Positions 18,187 through 27,856 of a stretch of DNA of 64,000 bases are shown in pieces; the first letter of the stretch is position 1, and each line of letters starts with the position of its first letter. This DNA is from Sandaracinus sp. Lineage in GTDB: Bacteria; Myxococcota_A; Polyangia; Polyangiales; Houyiibacteriaceae. The position numbers and the translations under genes are program-made. The notes below the pieces were generated by a model. The model was not told the origin of the DNA and made no database searches. It saw only the letters and a list, made by a program, of their open reading frames with translations. The stretch covers positions 27,084 through 91,083 of the forward strand of contig JACKEH010000003.1 in NCBI GenBank assembly GCA_020633125.1, read 5' to 3'.

Positions 18187-18618
18187 ATGACCTTCGCTCG
18201 CCGCATCTCGCTTCTCGCCCTCCTCACCCTCCCCGGCTTCGCCTTCGGCTGCGGCGACGACGACGGGAGCGACGCGGATCGGGTCGGCATCGCGGCGAGC
18301 TGTGTGGTGGACGAGGACTGTCGGCGCTTCGAGAGCGCGGACGGCGGTGTGGTTCAGCTTCGCTGCCTGACGCAGTTTTCCGGCGGCTACTGCGGGCTTC
18401 CGGATTGTGTGTCGTCGCTCGATTGTCCGGCGAGTTCGATCTGCGTCGCGCACGACGACGGCCGCAACTACTGCTTCCGTGTCTGCGCCGACAAGCCGGA
18501 GTGCAACGTGAACCGTCCGGCCGACGTGGAGGCGAACTGCTCGTCGAGCTTCGATTGGGCGACGCCGAGCGACGACGGCGGTGAGAAGGCGTGTATCCCG
18601 CCTTCGTCGGGAATCTGA
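18187..18618 (+). CDS. Cys-rich secreted lipoprotein, 143 aa
   Basis: The start is ATG 18187. It has a lipobox (FAFGCGDDD) and about 12 Cys in the mature part. Confidence 0.7.
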   Translation: MTFARRISLLALLTLPGFAFGCGDDDGSDADRVGIAASCVVDEDCRRFESADGGVVQLRCLTQFSGGYCGLPDCVSSLDCPASSICVAHDDGRNYCFRVCADKPECNVNRPADVEANCSSSFDWATPSDDGGEKACIPPSSGI

Positions 18619-18688
18619 GGTCGCGTCTGCGGCGTCTCGACGCACGAACGCCCCACGCACGAAGCGTGGCGCTATCGTTCGCGCACCG

Positions 18689-19324
18689 ATGACCTCACCC
18701 CGCACGCCGAAGCCCTCTACCTCGCGTCGTCTCGCGCTTCTCGTCGCGCTTCTCGCCGGCTGCTCGAGCGCCTCCGAACCGGAGCCGGGCTCGTCGAGCT
18801 CAGGCGGCGAGCAGGTGGCCACCGAGCAGGCGACGCCTGCCACGCCCTCCACGCCGGCGCCGACGTCGATCGTCGACGCGGAGATCCCGAACCCCTGCGA
18901 CGGCGGGACGGTGCAACTTCGCGGCGGCGAAGGGGAATACCCGAGCACGATCGAGATGGAGGAGCCCGGCAACCTCGAGGTGCGTGACGTCGGAGCGGCC
19001 GACCTCGACGGAGACGGCGTGACGGAGCACCTCGCGATGGTGCTCTGCATGCCGGGTGGCTCGGGGACCTTCGACTCGGTGCGCGCGTACCACTGGGAGA
19101 ACGGACGCTTCGTGGAGGTCGCCGCGATCGAAGGCGGCGACCGCGCCGATGGTGGGCTCGACGTGGCGCGAATCGAAGGCGACGCGGTGGTGGTCGGGCG
19201 CTTCAGCGGCGACGAAGAAGGGCTGTGTTGTCCGACGCACGTGACGGATGAGACGTGGCAGCTTCGCGACGGAGCGTTCGCGCGTACGGCGCAGGGCGAG
19301 CGTCGCGAGTACGCGAACGAGTGA
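18689..19324 (+). CDS. Lipoprotein, 211 aa
   Basis: The start is ATG 18689. It has a lipobox (LLAGCSS), a Pro/Thr linker and a DLDGDG (FG-GAP/VCBS-like) motif. Confidence 0.7.
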   Translation: MTSPRTPKPSTSRRLALLVALLAGCSSASEPEPGSSSSGGEQVATEQATPATPSTPAPTSIVDAEIPNPCDGGTVQLRGGEGEYPSTIEMEEPGNLEVRDVGAADLDGDGVTEHLAMVLCMPGGSGTFDSVRAYHWENGRFVEVAAIEGGDRADGGLDVARIEGDAVVVGRFSGDEEGLCCPTHVTDETWQLRDGAFARTAQGERREYANE

Positions 19325-19522
19325 CGACGGACCGAGACCGAGACGACGCTTCGCGCGAAAAGAGGCCGCGCAGCGGCGTTGGCTGCAAGGCAGCGGTCTC
19401 GGCCAAGCCGAGGAGGCCGCGAAGCGGCGGTGGCTGCGACGCAGCCGTCTCTGTCTCTGCCACGGACGCTGCGAAGCAGCAGTCTCGGCGAAGCCGAGGG
19501 CACGGGCACGGGCACGGGCACC
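19325..19522. repeat. Composite hairpin repeat ending in (GGCACG)4; inverted copy of 35255..35400
   Basis: It contains six hairpins with 5-6 bp stems and 3-nt loops: 19382-94, 19398-412, 19416-28, 19433-45, 19468-80 and 19484-98. GGGCACGGGCACGGGCACGGGCAC follows. Confidence 0.85.
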
Positions 19523-19584
19523 TTCACCAACACCGACACCGCCGCCCACTCGACTTCCCGCCCACACCGCGGTAGCGCGAAGCC

Positions 19585-20178
19585 ATGAGCTGGGACGACG
19601 CGTGGCGTGAAGGTCGAACTCCTTGGGACGCAGGGCAGGCCGCGCCTCCCCTCGTGGACCTGCTCGCGAGCGGCGCGCTCGACGGCGCGAAGAACGCGTT
19701 GGTGCCGGGCTGCGGTGGCGGATGGGACGTGTTCGCCTTCGCGCACGCCCGCGTGCGTAGCGTGGGGCTCGACGTGGCGGAGTCGGCGGCGCCCGTCTTC
19801 GCGCGGCACCGCGACGAAGCGAAGCTCGACGCCACGCGGGCGCGTCTCGTGGTCGGCGACTTCTTCACCTTCGCGCCCGCCGAACGCTTCGACGTGATCT
19901 GGGACTACACCTTCCTCTGCGCGTTGCCGCCCGCGTGGCGCGCGCGTTGGGCGGAGCGCATGGACACGTTGCTCGCGCCGAAGGGCACGCTCGCCACGCT
20001 GATCTTTCCTGCGACGCATCCGGGCCCGGAGTACGTGGGGCCGCCCTGGCCGCTGCATCCCGACGACGTGCGCGCGTTGCTCTTGCCGCGTGGCTTTCGC
20101 GAGTTGCGCATGGAGCGGCCCGCACGCAGCCATCCCGCCCGCGAAGGCAAGGAGTGGATCGCGCTCTGGTCGCGGTGA
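19585..20178 (+). CDS. TPMT-like SAM-dependent methyltransferase
   Basis: It begins WDDAWREGRTPWD, has SAM motif I (ALVPGCGGGWD) and is 197 aa, which matches the thiopurine/halide methyltransferase family layout. Confidence 0.8.
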   Translation: MSWDDAWREGRTPWDAGQAAPPLVDLLASGALDGAKNALVPGCGGGWDVFAFAHARVRSVGLDVAESAAPVFARHRDEAKLDATRARLVVGDFFTFAPAERFDVIWDYTFLCALPPAWRARWAERMDTLLAPKGTLATLIFPATHPGPEYVGPPWPLHPDDVRALLLPRGFRELRMERPARSHPAREGKEWIALWSR

Positions 20179-20296
20179 CGGGCTCGCAATCGCGCCCATG
20201 TGTCCGCGAGGGCGACGTTCGGGGGCTCGCCAAAAGCGTCGAACCCATGACCTTCGGCACATGTGGCGTGTACCTCGGCCGGACATCCTGGCGCGC

Positions 20297-21439
20297 ATGA
20301 AACGCCTGCTCCTGCTCGTTTGCTTCGTCACCCTCGGCTGCGGCGACGACGACGCCTCCGAACCGGACGCCGCGACGGATGGCGCGATCGACCCGGGCGA
20401 TGGCGCGACGTCCGACGCGGGCCGGCCCTCGCTCGCCGCGCTCGTCGAAGACGTGGTTCGAGACACCGGCGTGCCGAGCCTCGCCGTGGCGATCGTCGAC
20501 TCGAACGGGGTCGTGGAGAGCGCCGCGTCCGGCGTGCGACGGCTCGGCGACCCCACCCCCGTCACGCTCGACGACCGTTACCACCTCGGCTCGAACACGA
20601 AGGCGATGACCGCGACTTTGGCCGCGATGCTCGTCGACGAAGACGTCGTCGCGTGGACCACGTCGCTGACCGAAGCCTTCGGTGACGAAATCACCGTCGA
20701 CGCCGGCTTCGCGGAGGTCACGCTCGCCGAGCTTCTCTCGCACACCGCCGGCATCGACGACGCGGCCGTCTTCGCGCGGGTCGACGAGCTGCCGGACGAC
20801 GTCGTCGCGGCACGACGCGCGGGCGCGCTCGCGGTGGTCTCGTCGCCGCCCGACGGGACACGTGGATCGTTCGCGTACTCGAACGTCGGCTACGTGATCG
20901 CCGGCGCGATCCTGGAGAAGCGCACGGGCGCGAGCTGGGAGTCGCTGATGCGTACGCGGCTCTTCACGCCGCTCGGGATGAGCTCGTGTGGCTTCGGCCC
21001 GCCGGGCACGAGTGGCGCCGTCGACGAGCCTTGGGGTCATGCCCACGAGACCGACGCCCCGCGGCCCGTCGATCCCGGCGCGGACGACGCTGACAACCCT
21101 CCCCTTCTCGGCCCCGCGGGCACCGTGCATTGCGCGATCGCCGATTGGGCGAAGTTCGCGTCGATGAACCTCCGAGGGCAACGCGGAAGCGCAGACGAGC
21201 TCGTGTCACCGAGCGGATTCGTGGAGCTCGCGACGCCGCGTGCGAACGACTACGCGCTCGGTTGGTTGATCCTCGACGATCCGATCACGCTCGCGCACGA
21301 CGGCAGCAACACCCGCTTCTATTCTGTCGCGATCCTCGTGCCTTCGGGCGATCGCGGTTTGTTGATCAACACGAACGTCGGAGGCGCGAGAGCCGAGGCC
21401 GCGCTCGAAGCCGTGATCGCGTGGTCGACCACGCCTTGA
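20297..21439 (+). CDS. Serine hydrolase (beta-lactamase/transpeptidase-like) lipoprotein
   Basis: The start is ATG 20297. It has a lipobox (VTLGCGDDD), an SxxK motif (GSNTKAM) and a YSN motif. Confidence 0.85.
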   Translation: MKRLLLLVCFVTLGCGDDDASEPDAATDGAIDPGDGATSDAGRPSLAALVEDVVRDTGVPSLAVAIVDSNGVVESAASGVRRLGDPTPVTLDDRYHLGSNTKAMTATLAAMLVDEDVVAWTTSLTEAFGDEITVDAGFAEVTLAELLSHTAGIDDAAVFARVDELPDDVVAARRAGALAVVSSPPDGTRGSFAYSNVGYVIAGAILEKRTGASWESLMRTRLFTPLGMSSCGFGPPGTSGAVDEPWGHAHETDAPRPVDPGADDADNPPLLGPAGTVHCAIADWAKFASMNLRGQRGSADELVSPSGFVELATPRANDYALGWLILDDPITLAHDGSNTRFYSVAILVPSGDRGLLINTNVGGARAEAALEAVIAWSTTP

Positions 21440-21489
21440 ACGCGACGTGGCGTGCTGCCGTTTCCGATGGAACGCTCGCCTCTGCGCCC

Positions 21490-22614
21490 ATGACCGCTCG
21501 CTCCACGCGCCGCACGTTGGCGTGGCTCTCGCTCGGCGTCGCCACGATGCTCGGCGCGATCGCCGCGACGTTCGCGACGCGTGGGCTCGTGCGTTTCGAC
21601 GCGGGCCCCGTCGGGCGGTGGCTTGTCCTCGGCGTCGCTTACGGCGGAGTCGCGCTCGGCGCGTGGTGGACGTTGCGCGAGAGCGAGCGCTGGAGCCTTC
21701 GCGCACGCGTCGCGTCGATCGTGCTGCAAACCGCGGGCGGCTTGGTCGACGAGAGCCTGCTCTACGTGGTCGCGCTTCAACTGCCCTTCGTCTTGCCCAC
21801 GCGTTGGGGCGTGCCTTGGCTGCTCGGGCAGATCGCCGTGACGGTGCCCGCCTTCGTGGCGGTCGTGCTCCACCGACTCGAAGCGGATCCGACGCAGATG
21901 CCAATCGAGATGCTCGTGACCGTGGTGGCGGGGCTCGAGATCGGCTGGCAGAGCTTCGCCTTCTTCGTCGGGCGCATCGCGTTCCTCGCCGACTCGCGGG
22001 CCGAGGAGCTCACGCGCATGCAGGGGGCGCTGGCCGAACGCACGCGGCTCGAAGAGCGCCTCGCGATCTCACGCGAGCTTCACGACGTGGTGGGACATCA
22101 CCTCGCCGCGCTCGCCGTGAACCTCGACCTCGCGCGGCGCCTTCAACCCGAAGGGCCGGCGGCCGGGCCGCTGAGCGACGCTCGGGAGATCGCGTCGTCG
22201 TTGTTGGCGGACGTGCGAGACGTGGTGGGGCGCATGCGCGCGACGCCGCAGACGACGCTCGCGGCGGAGCTTCGAGCCCTCGCGGAGGGCGCCCACGGTT
22301 TGGCGCTGGTGTGGACGGTCGAAGCGGAGCCCGTCGTGCCTCACGCGCATGCGATCGCGCGCTGCGTACGCGAAGCGATGACGAACGCGTGGCGGCATGG
22401 GGGTGCGACGGAGCTGCGAGTGCACGTGACGCGCGACGACGGGGTCGTGGTGCGTTGGCGCGACGACGGCACGGGCGCGACGGAGATCTCCGTAAAGACC
22501 GAGGGCCATGGCCTTCGCGGCATGCGGGAGCGCGTCGAGGAGCTCGGCGGTACGCTCGTCTTCGAAGGCGGCCCCGGGTTTCCCGCCGTGCTTCGTTTGC
22601 CGGAGGACGCATGA
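21490..22614 (+). CDS. Sensor histidine kinase (HisKA_3 / NarX-DesK type)
   Basis: The start is ATG 21490. It has about 5 TM helices, an H-box ([16 protein letters not shown]), and NAWRHG and [11 protein letters not shown] boxes. Confidence 0.85.
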   Translation: MTARSTRRTLAWLSLGVATMLGAIAATFATRGLVRFDAGPVGRWLVLGVAYGGVALGAWWTLRESERWSLRARVASIVLQTAGGLVDESLLYVVALQLPFVLPTRWGVPWLLGQIAVTVPAFVAVVLHRLEADPTQMPIEMLVTVVAGLEIGWQSFAFFVGRIAFLADSRAEELTRMQGALAERTRLEERLAISRELHDVVGHHLAALAVNLDLARRLQPEGPAAGPLSDAREIASSLLADVRDVVGRMRATPQTTLAAELRALAEGAHGLALVWTVEAEPVVPHAHAIARCVREAMTNAWRHGGATELRVHVTRDDGVVVRWRDDGTGATEISVKTEGHGLRGMRERVEELGGTLVFEGGPGFPAVLRLPEDA

Positions 22615-23216
22615 AGAGCGCGACGACGCACGCGCGTATGCGGGTGGTGCTCGCCGACGATCAAGAGCTGCTGCGGCACGGGCTGCGTGGGCTCCTGCAG
22701 CTCGCGGACGAGGTCGAGGTCGTCGGCGAAGCGAGCGACGGGATCGAAGCGGTGGACGTGGTGCGAGCGCGCCGGCCCGACGTGCTCTTGCTCGACGTCC
22801 GCATGCCGAAGCTCGACGGCGTCGGGGTGCTTCGCGCGCTCGGAGCCGACGCGCCTCCGACGGTGATGCTCACGACCTTCGACGATCCCGTGGCGTCGAA
22901 GGCCGCGGCCGAAGCGGGGGCTCGCGCGTTTCTGCTCAAGGACGTCTCGCTCGAGACCTTGGTGGACGTGCTTCGGCGCGTGCGTGAGGGCGCGACGCTG
23001 CTCCCTCGAGCCACCAAGGAGCTCGATGCGTTGACGCCACGGGAGCGCGAGGTGCTCGCCTGTCTCGCGCGGGGCCTGTCGAACCGAGAGATCGCGGAGG
23101 AGCTCGGCACACGCGAAGGCACCGTGAAGAACCACCTCTCGAGCGTGCTCTCGAAGCTCGCGGTTCGCGACCGCACGCAAGCCGTGCTCAAGGCGATGTC
23201 GCTCGGTTGGGTGTAG
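22611..23216 (+). CDS. NarL/LuxR-family response regulator
   Basis: Its ATG overlaps the kinase stop as ATGA. It has a REC domain ([12 protein letters not shown]) and a LuxR HTH ([40 protein letters not shown]). Confidence 0.9.
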   Translation: MKSATTHARMRVVLADDQELLRHGLRGLLQLADEVEVVGEASDGIEAVDVVRARRPDVLLLDVRMPKLDGVGVLRALGADAPPTVMLTTFDDPVASKAAAEAGARAFLLKDVSLETLVDVLRRVREGATLLPRATKELDALTPREREVLACLARGLSNREIAEELGTREGTVKNHLSSVLSKLAVRDRTQAVLKAMSLGWV

Positions 23217-23342
23217 GCGGGCGCGCTGCGGCACGTCCCGAGCGCCATGTGCGGACTCGTGGTGTCGCTCGGTCGGGTGTAGGCCGACGCGCTGCGGCAC
23301 GTCCCGAGCGCCACGTGCGGACTCGTGGTGTCGCTCGGTCGG
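23199..23342 (+). repeat. 66-bp tandem repeat (about 2.2 copies) seeded by the last 18 nt of the response-regulator gene
   Basis: The string tcgctcgg(t/c)(t/c)gggtgtagg recurs at 23199, 23265 and 23331. Each unit contains GCACGT-N10-ACGTGC. Confidence 0.85.
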
Positions 23343-23350
23343 CCCTCCGT

Positions 23351-24031
23351 CTACGCCGGCAGCTGCATCGCACCCGGCCACGCGCCGTGCTCCGAGATCG
23401 GCACCAAACGCAGCGTCGTGAACTCGTAGTGAAAGTCGCGGCGCGCGCGTTCGATCATCGCGTCGCGATGCGATTTGCCGCCGACGGTGCCGCGGACCAT
23501 GCCGACCATCGCGTCTTCGTCTTGCCACACGCTGAAGGTCGAGAATCGATTCAGCGGACGAAACGCGACGGCGCCGTGCACGAGCCCCGGATGGTCGCGC
23601 ACCAAGGCTTCGACGGGCTTGCCCCAACGCGCGAAGCGCAGGGTCTCGGTGAGCTTCAAGCGCGCGACGGTCAGGCCCACCACCTTGCCGGTCGGCGTCA
23701 CGTCGTCGAGCGTCGCCTGGTCGAAACCGCGGTAGCTGCCCCAACGCCGATACGCGCGCATGCGGACGTGGTAGCCGGGCCGCTCGAAGATCGAATAGGG
23801 CGGCGCCGCGAGAAAACGATCGAGGTGCGGCTCGCTCTCCCAGAGCCCGACGAAGACCCACGCGCGCCAGCGGTAGCGGCTCGGGGAGACGATGCCCGCG
23901 CCCATGCGCATCGGAAGGAAACGTTCGGCGTGCAGCAGGCCGGGCACACGACGTAGCGCGCCCGACGCGAACAACCGAAGGCCGACGGCGAGCACTGGCG
24001 CCTCGATCACGTGGTAACTGAAGACCTGCAT
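23351..24031 (-). CDS. Putative CrtA-like (spheroidene-monooxygenase family) protein
   Basis: The start is ATG 24031. The 226-aa product has two ABM-like halves, and the C-terminal …FSTFSVWQDEDAMVGMV…HRDAMIERARRDF… resembles the family as I recall it. The functional call is tentative. Confidence 0.5.
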   Translation of the reverse strand: MQVFSYHVIEAPVLAVGLRLFASGALRRVPGLLHAERFLPMRMGAGIVSPSRYRWRAWVFVGLWESEPHLDRFLAAPPYSIFERPGYHVRMRAYRRWGSYRGFDQATLDDVTPTGKVVGLTVARLKLTETLRFARWGKPVEALVRDHPGLVHGAVAFRPLNRFSTFSVWQDEDAMVGMVRGTVGGKSHRDAMIERARRDFHYEFTTLRLVPISEHGAWPGAMQLPA

Positions 24032-24079
24032 GACGCGGTTCGGCGAGAATGCTCGGGGCCCTCGAAGGGACGCAAGCCG

Positions 24080-24871
24080 ATGACGGAGCTCGCGCTGCTG
24101 CAGGTGCTCTTGCTCGTGAGCGTCGGCGTCGCGCCGCTGGGCACCCGTCTTTTCGTGCCGCTGCCACGCCTCTGGTTCGTGGCGTATGCGCTGGGCGTCG
24201 CGTCGGTCGCGGGCGCGCTCTTCGTGTGGCCCCCACTCGCAGTGTTTTGGCCGCTCTTTTGCCTCGGGAACCTCGCGTTGGTGCTCCGAGTCCGTCTTCC
24301 TCGAAGCCTGCCGGAGCTTGCGGGCGCGGTGCCTTTCGCGTTCAGCCTCGTCGCCGCGACCTGGATCGTCGGTGGCACCAACGACCTGCAGATCCTCGGC
24401 TACGGGCCGCACTTCAGCTTCTACGCGGCGCTGCACGGCAACGTGCTGGGTTGGATGTTGGTCGGCGCGCTCGCGGCGTTGGCGCGTCGTGAGGGTCGAC
24501 GCCTCTACGTCGCGGCGGTCCTCACGTGTTTCGTGTCGTTCCTGCTGGTGGCGTTGGGCATCGACGTGTGGGCGCCGCTCAAGCCGATCGGAGTGGCCGG
24601 CCTGACGCTCGCCATCCCCACGGCGCAGCTCGCGTTCTTGGCCGATGCGCGATCGAATCGAGCGGCCTTCGCGGCCGGTCTGCTCAGCCTCGTCGGGTTG
24701 GTGCTCACGTTGACGCTCGCTTGGCTCAACGAGCTCGGGCTCCTCACGCTCGGGCCGCTCGGATCGGTGCGCGCGATGGTCGCGATCCACGGCGTCGTGA
24801 ACGTGCTCCTCGTCGGCCCGGCGATGCTCTGGGCCGTGCATCGGCACCTTCGCGCGGTCGACGCGCGTTGA
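24080..24871 (+). CDS. Polytopic membrane protein (YndJ-like, tentative)
   Basis: The start is ATG 24080. The 263-aa product has about 8 hydrophobic helices. Confidence 0.6.
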   Translation: MTELALLQVLLLVSVGVAPLGTRLFVPLPRLWFVAYALGVASVAGALFVWPPLAVFWPLFCLGNLALVLRVRLPRSLPELAGAVPFAFSLVAATWIVGGTNDLQILGYGPHFSFYAALHGNVLGWMLVGALAALARREGRRLYVAAVLTCFVSFLLVALGIDVWAPLKPIGVAGLTLAIPTAQLAFLADARSNRAAFAAGLLSLVGLVLTLTLAWLNELGLLTLGPLGSVRAMVAIHGVVNVLLVGPAMLWAVHRHLRAVDAR

Positions 24872-24912
24872 CCCCGCACCACTCGCGATTCGCTCGCGAT
24901 TCGCTCGAGGGC

Positions 24913-25791
24913 TCAGCGAAACGCGTAGGCGAGCGCGACCGCGGCGGCCACCAGCATCAGCGTCCACGCGAGGATCGGGTCCATGCTGGTCCGAACCGCG
25001 GCCCCAGGCTTCTTCGCCACCGGCTCGTCCTCGCCTCGCAGCTCACGCTCCGAGACCGGCGCCGCCTCGCCCACGCCTCGCACCCGCACCGCGCCGTCCG
25101 GGGAAGGCACCATCACGAGGCAATCGCTTCGGTCGCGGTACCCACCGCCGAGCTCCCCGGGCATCGGCTCCCGACGCAGAAGCCCCTCGACCTCGACCGG
25201 ATCGCCCTCCCGCAGCATCACCTCGAAACGCTCGACCATGCGCTGCACGGTGCGCTCGCCGAGGCCCTTGTCGGCGAGGTGTTGGTTCAGCTCGATCCAA
25301 CGTCGCTGCCCCGCGAGGTTGCCGCCGAGGTGCACGTTGCCACGCGCTTCGGCGCGAATCGCACAGAGCAAGGTCGCGACCTTCGCCAGACGTTTGCGCT
25401 CGCGGTTGGCCTCGGATTGCGTCGCGCCACCGCGTTTGGCTTCGTCCTTCAGCTCGCGAATCCGGACGCTGACGGCGTCGATGTCCGCTTCGGCGACCGA
25501 GACGAGCTCTTGCCCTCGCTCGGCCCGAACCTCCACCGCCAACGTTTCGGCGCGCACCAAGACGCGCTCGCCCGCTTCGTCCTCGAGCCAGAAGGTGCAG
25601 GCCTCCGAGGCTTCGGGTGCTTTCGCGAGCCCGACGCGCACGTCCCAATACACGCAGCTCTCGCCCTGGAGCTTCGAGCGCAAGGTGCGGCCCGCCGCGC
25701 GCACGACGCCACGAAGGCGCACGACGGTTCCTGGCTCGGCGTCCGCGATGAACACGAGGGGAATCGGACCGCGTTCGGCGGTTTCACGCAA
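24913..25791 (-). CDS. Hypothetical C-terminally membrane-anchored protein, 292 aa
   Basis: It uses a TTG start, as called in the track. The sequence is balanced and ends in a TM helix (ILAWTLMLVAAAVALAYAF). Confidence 0.55.
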   Translation of the reverse strand: MRETAERGPIPLVFIADAEPGTVVRLRGVVRAAGRTLRSKLQGESCVYWDVRVGLAKAPEASEACTFWLEDEAGERVLVRAETLAVEVRAERGQELVSVAEADIDAVSVRIRELKDEAKRGGATQSEANRERKRLAKVATLLCAIRAEARGNVHLGGNLAGQRRWIELNQHLADKGLGERTVQRMVERFEVMLREGDPVEVEGLLRREPMPGELGGGYRDRSDCLVMVPSPDGAVRVRGVGEAAPVSERELRGEDEPVAKKPGAAVRTSMDPILAWTLMLVAAAVALAYAFR

Positions 25792-25824
25792 GACGTGCGC
25801 GGCCCAGGAGACCCCGAGCCTCGA

Positions 25825-26445
25825 TCACTCCAGGGCTTCGCGCCGCTGGAAGATCTCCGCGTTGCGCTCGATCTGCCGGAGGTCGCGGCTCGCGACGTCG
25901 CGCTCGTGATCCAGGGCCTCGGTCCGCCAGACGAAGCCCCACCACTGCCCCTCCCGCTGCCGGTAGAAGCGCAGCTCCCGGTCTCGGGAGGTCTTCACGA
26001 CGAGCACCTCCCCCTCCCGATGCTGCTCGACCGGGGCCCCGACCGACTCCATCAGGTCGTCCCGGCAGGCCCGGTCGCAGCGACGCGCGAAGAGTGCATC
26101 CGGGCTCTCGGCCTGCGCCCCGTCGCCGAGCTCCGCGAGCGCCTCGGCCCGCGCGTCTTCCGGGTAGCGCGTGCGAACGATCTCCGCGGCGGCCCGGCGA
26201 TCGGCGTGAATGGAGATCAGCGCGTGGCGCGAACGTTCGTCGAGAAGTCGGTAGAGGCGCTCGCCCTGGTCGGCCTCCAGGGCCTGGGCCATGTAGGCCA
26301 ACGCGCCCTCGAGCTCCCGCGGGTCCGGGGTCTGGTCACAGGACGCCCAAAAGAGCGCCGCGGCGAGAAGCGCCGTCTTTCGGCATCCTTGGCTTGACAG
26401 GCCGGCTCTCCACGACAGAACCTTCGAACGGTTCCGAGCCCCCAT
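25825..26445 (-). CDS. Lipoprotein, about 206 aa
   Basis: It has a lipobox (LFWASCDQ). Candidate ATGs are at 26445 and 26454, and both overlap the divergent PP2C start. Confidence 0.5.
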   Translation of the reverse strand: MGARNRSKVLSWRAGLSSQGCRKTALLAAALFWASCDQTPDPRELEGALAYMAQALEADQGERLYRLLDERSRHALISIHADRRAAAEIVRTRYPEDARAEALAELGDGAQAESPDALFARRCDRACRDDLMESVGAPVEQHREGEVLVVKTSRDRELRFYRQREGQWWGFVWRTEALDHERDVASRDLRQIERNAEIFQRREALE

Positions 26446-27211
26446 GAACTTCATCGCGGCAGGTCTATCGGACGTCGGGCTCCAGCGCGAGCACAACGAA
26501 GACAGCTTCGTGATCCTCGCGGAGCACCGGCTCTTCGTCGTCGCGGACGGCATGGGCGGCCATCGGGCCGGCGACGTCGCGAGCAAGATGGCGACCCACG
26601 CCATCGCGCAATTCTTCCAGGCCACGGCCAGCGAAGACGCGACGTGGCCCTTCAGCTTCGACCCTCACCTCTCGGTCGACGAAAATCGGCTGGTCACGGG
26701 CATCAAGCTCGCGAACCGGAAGATCTTCGAGGCCTCGGTGAAGCACCGTGAGGTGCACGGCATGGGCACCACGGTCGTGGCCTGCCTCTTCTCCAAGGAG
26801 AAGGGCAAGGTCTACGTGGCCCACGTGGGCGACAGCCGGGCCTACCGGATTCGGGATGGGGAAATCACCCAGCTCACGAGGGACCATTCCCTGGTCAACG
26901 ACTACCTGCTCGTGATGCCCGACATGACGGAGGAGCAGCGCGAGGAGCTGCCCAAGAACGTCATCACGCGAGCCCTGGGCATGCAGGACTCGGTCGCGGT
27001 GGACATGGTCCCCGACGAGCCGAAGCCGGGCGACGTCTACGTGCTCTGCTCGGACGGCCTCAGCGGCATGATCACCGACGAGGCCATCGCCAAGATCGTC
27101 GGCGACGCGAACGACGACGTCGAGAAGGCCGCCCGGGAGCTGATCCAGTCGGCGAACCAGAACGGCGGCGACGACAACATCACCGTCGCGGTCATTCGTT
27201 TCACCGAGTGA
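26444..27211 (+). CDS. PP2C-family Ser/Thr protein phosphatase
   Basis: It has the motifs GLQREHNEDS, VVADGMGGHRAGDVAS, CSDGLSG and GGDDNITV. Confidence 0.9.
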   Translation: MNFIAAGLSDVGLQREHNEDSFVILAEHRLFVVADGMGGHRAGDVASKMATHAIAQFFQATASEDATWPFSFDPHLSVDENRLVTGIKLANRKIFEASVKHREVHGMGTTVVACLFSKEKGKVYVAHVGDSRAYRIRDGEITQLTRDHSLVNDYLLVMPDMTEEQREELPKNVITRALGMQDSVAVDMVPDEPKPGDVYVLCSDGLSGMITDEAIAKIVGDANDDVEKAARELIQSANQNGGDDNITVAVIRFTE

Positions 27212-27233
27212 GACCGCTCGAGCGAGTCGAACG

Positions 27234-27797
27234 GTGAAGGCGTCCCTGAAGCTGGGGTTCATCGGAACCCACGGCGTCGGAAAGACCACGCTCTGCTACG
27301 GGCTCGCGGCGCGGCTCAAGGCGCGCGACGTGGTGCTCGACATCGTGCACGAGGTCGCGCGCCGCTGCCCGCTTCCGATCAACGAGCACACGAGCCTCGC
27401 GGCGCAGTCCTGGATCCTGCACACACAGGTCGCGGACGAGCTCGTCGCGTCGGCCCGGCACCCGGTCGTGCTCTGCGACCGCAGCGTGCTCGACAACTAC
27501 GTCTACCTGCTCTTGTCGGCGGGACGGCAACCCGGGCTCGAAGCGCTCGTGAGCTGGTGGCTCTCGACCTACGACCTGCTGGTCTACGTGCCGATCGTCG
27601 ACGGGCCCCGCGCAGACGGCATGCGCTCGACCGACCCGGTCTTTCAGCGCGCGGTGGACGAACGCCTGCTCCGAGAGCTCGACGCGCGTGGCGTGAACGT
27701 GTTGCGCCTCGACCCTTCGGCGCGCGAGCGATGGCTCGACGTGGTCGAAGAAGACGTCTTCGGACGCCTCGACGACGGCCAGCTCCCGCTGCTTTGA
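27234..27797 (+). CDS. P-loop NTPase (AAA_28/NadR-kinase-like)
   Basis: It uses a GTG start and has a Walker A motif (GTHGVGKTT) and a Walker B-like motif (VVLCDRS). Confidence 0.7.
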   Translation: MKASLKLGFIGTHGVGKTTLCYGLAARLKARDVVLDIVHEVARRCPLPINEHTSLAAQSWILHTQVADELVASARHPVVLCDRSVLDNYVYLLLSAGRQPGLEALVSWWLSTYDLLVYVPIVDGPRADGMRSTDPVFQRAVDERLLRELDARGVNVLRLDPSARERWLDVVEEDVFGRLDDGQLPLL

Positions 27798-27856
27798 GCC
27801 TGCGACGTCGATGCCAACGGCTTGCCCGTGTGCACGTCGCGGGACACGAGCGCGCT

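Noticed and set aside
21447-23216. This is a 589-aa ORF spanning the histidine kinase region and the response regulator.
   Set aside because: Only the last 201 codons (from ATG 22611) are protein-like. The rest is the off-frame shadow of the kinase gene.
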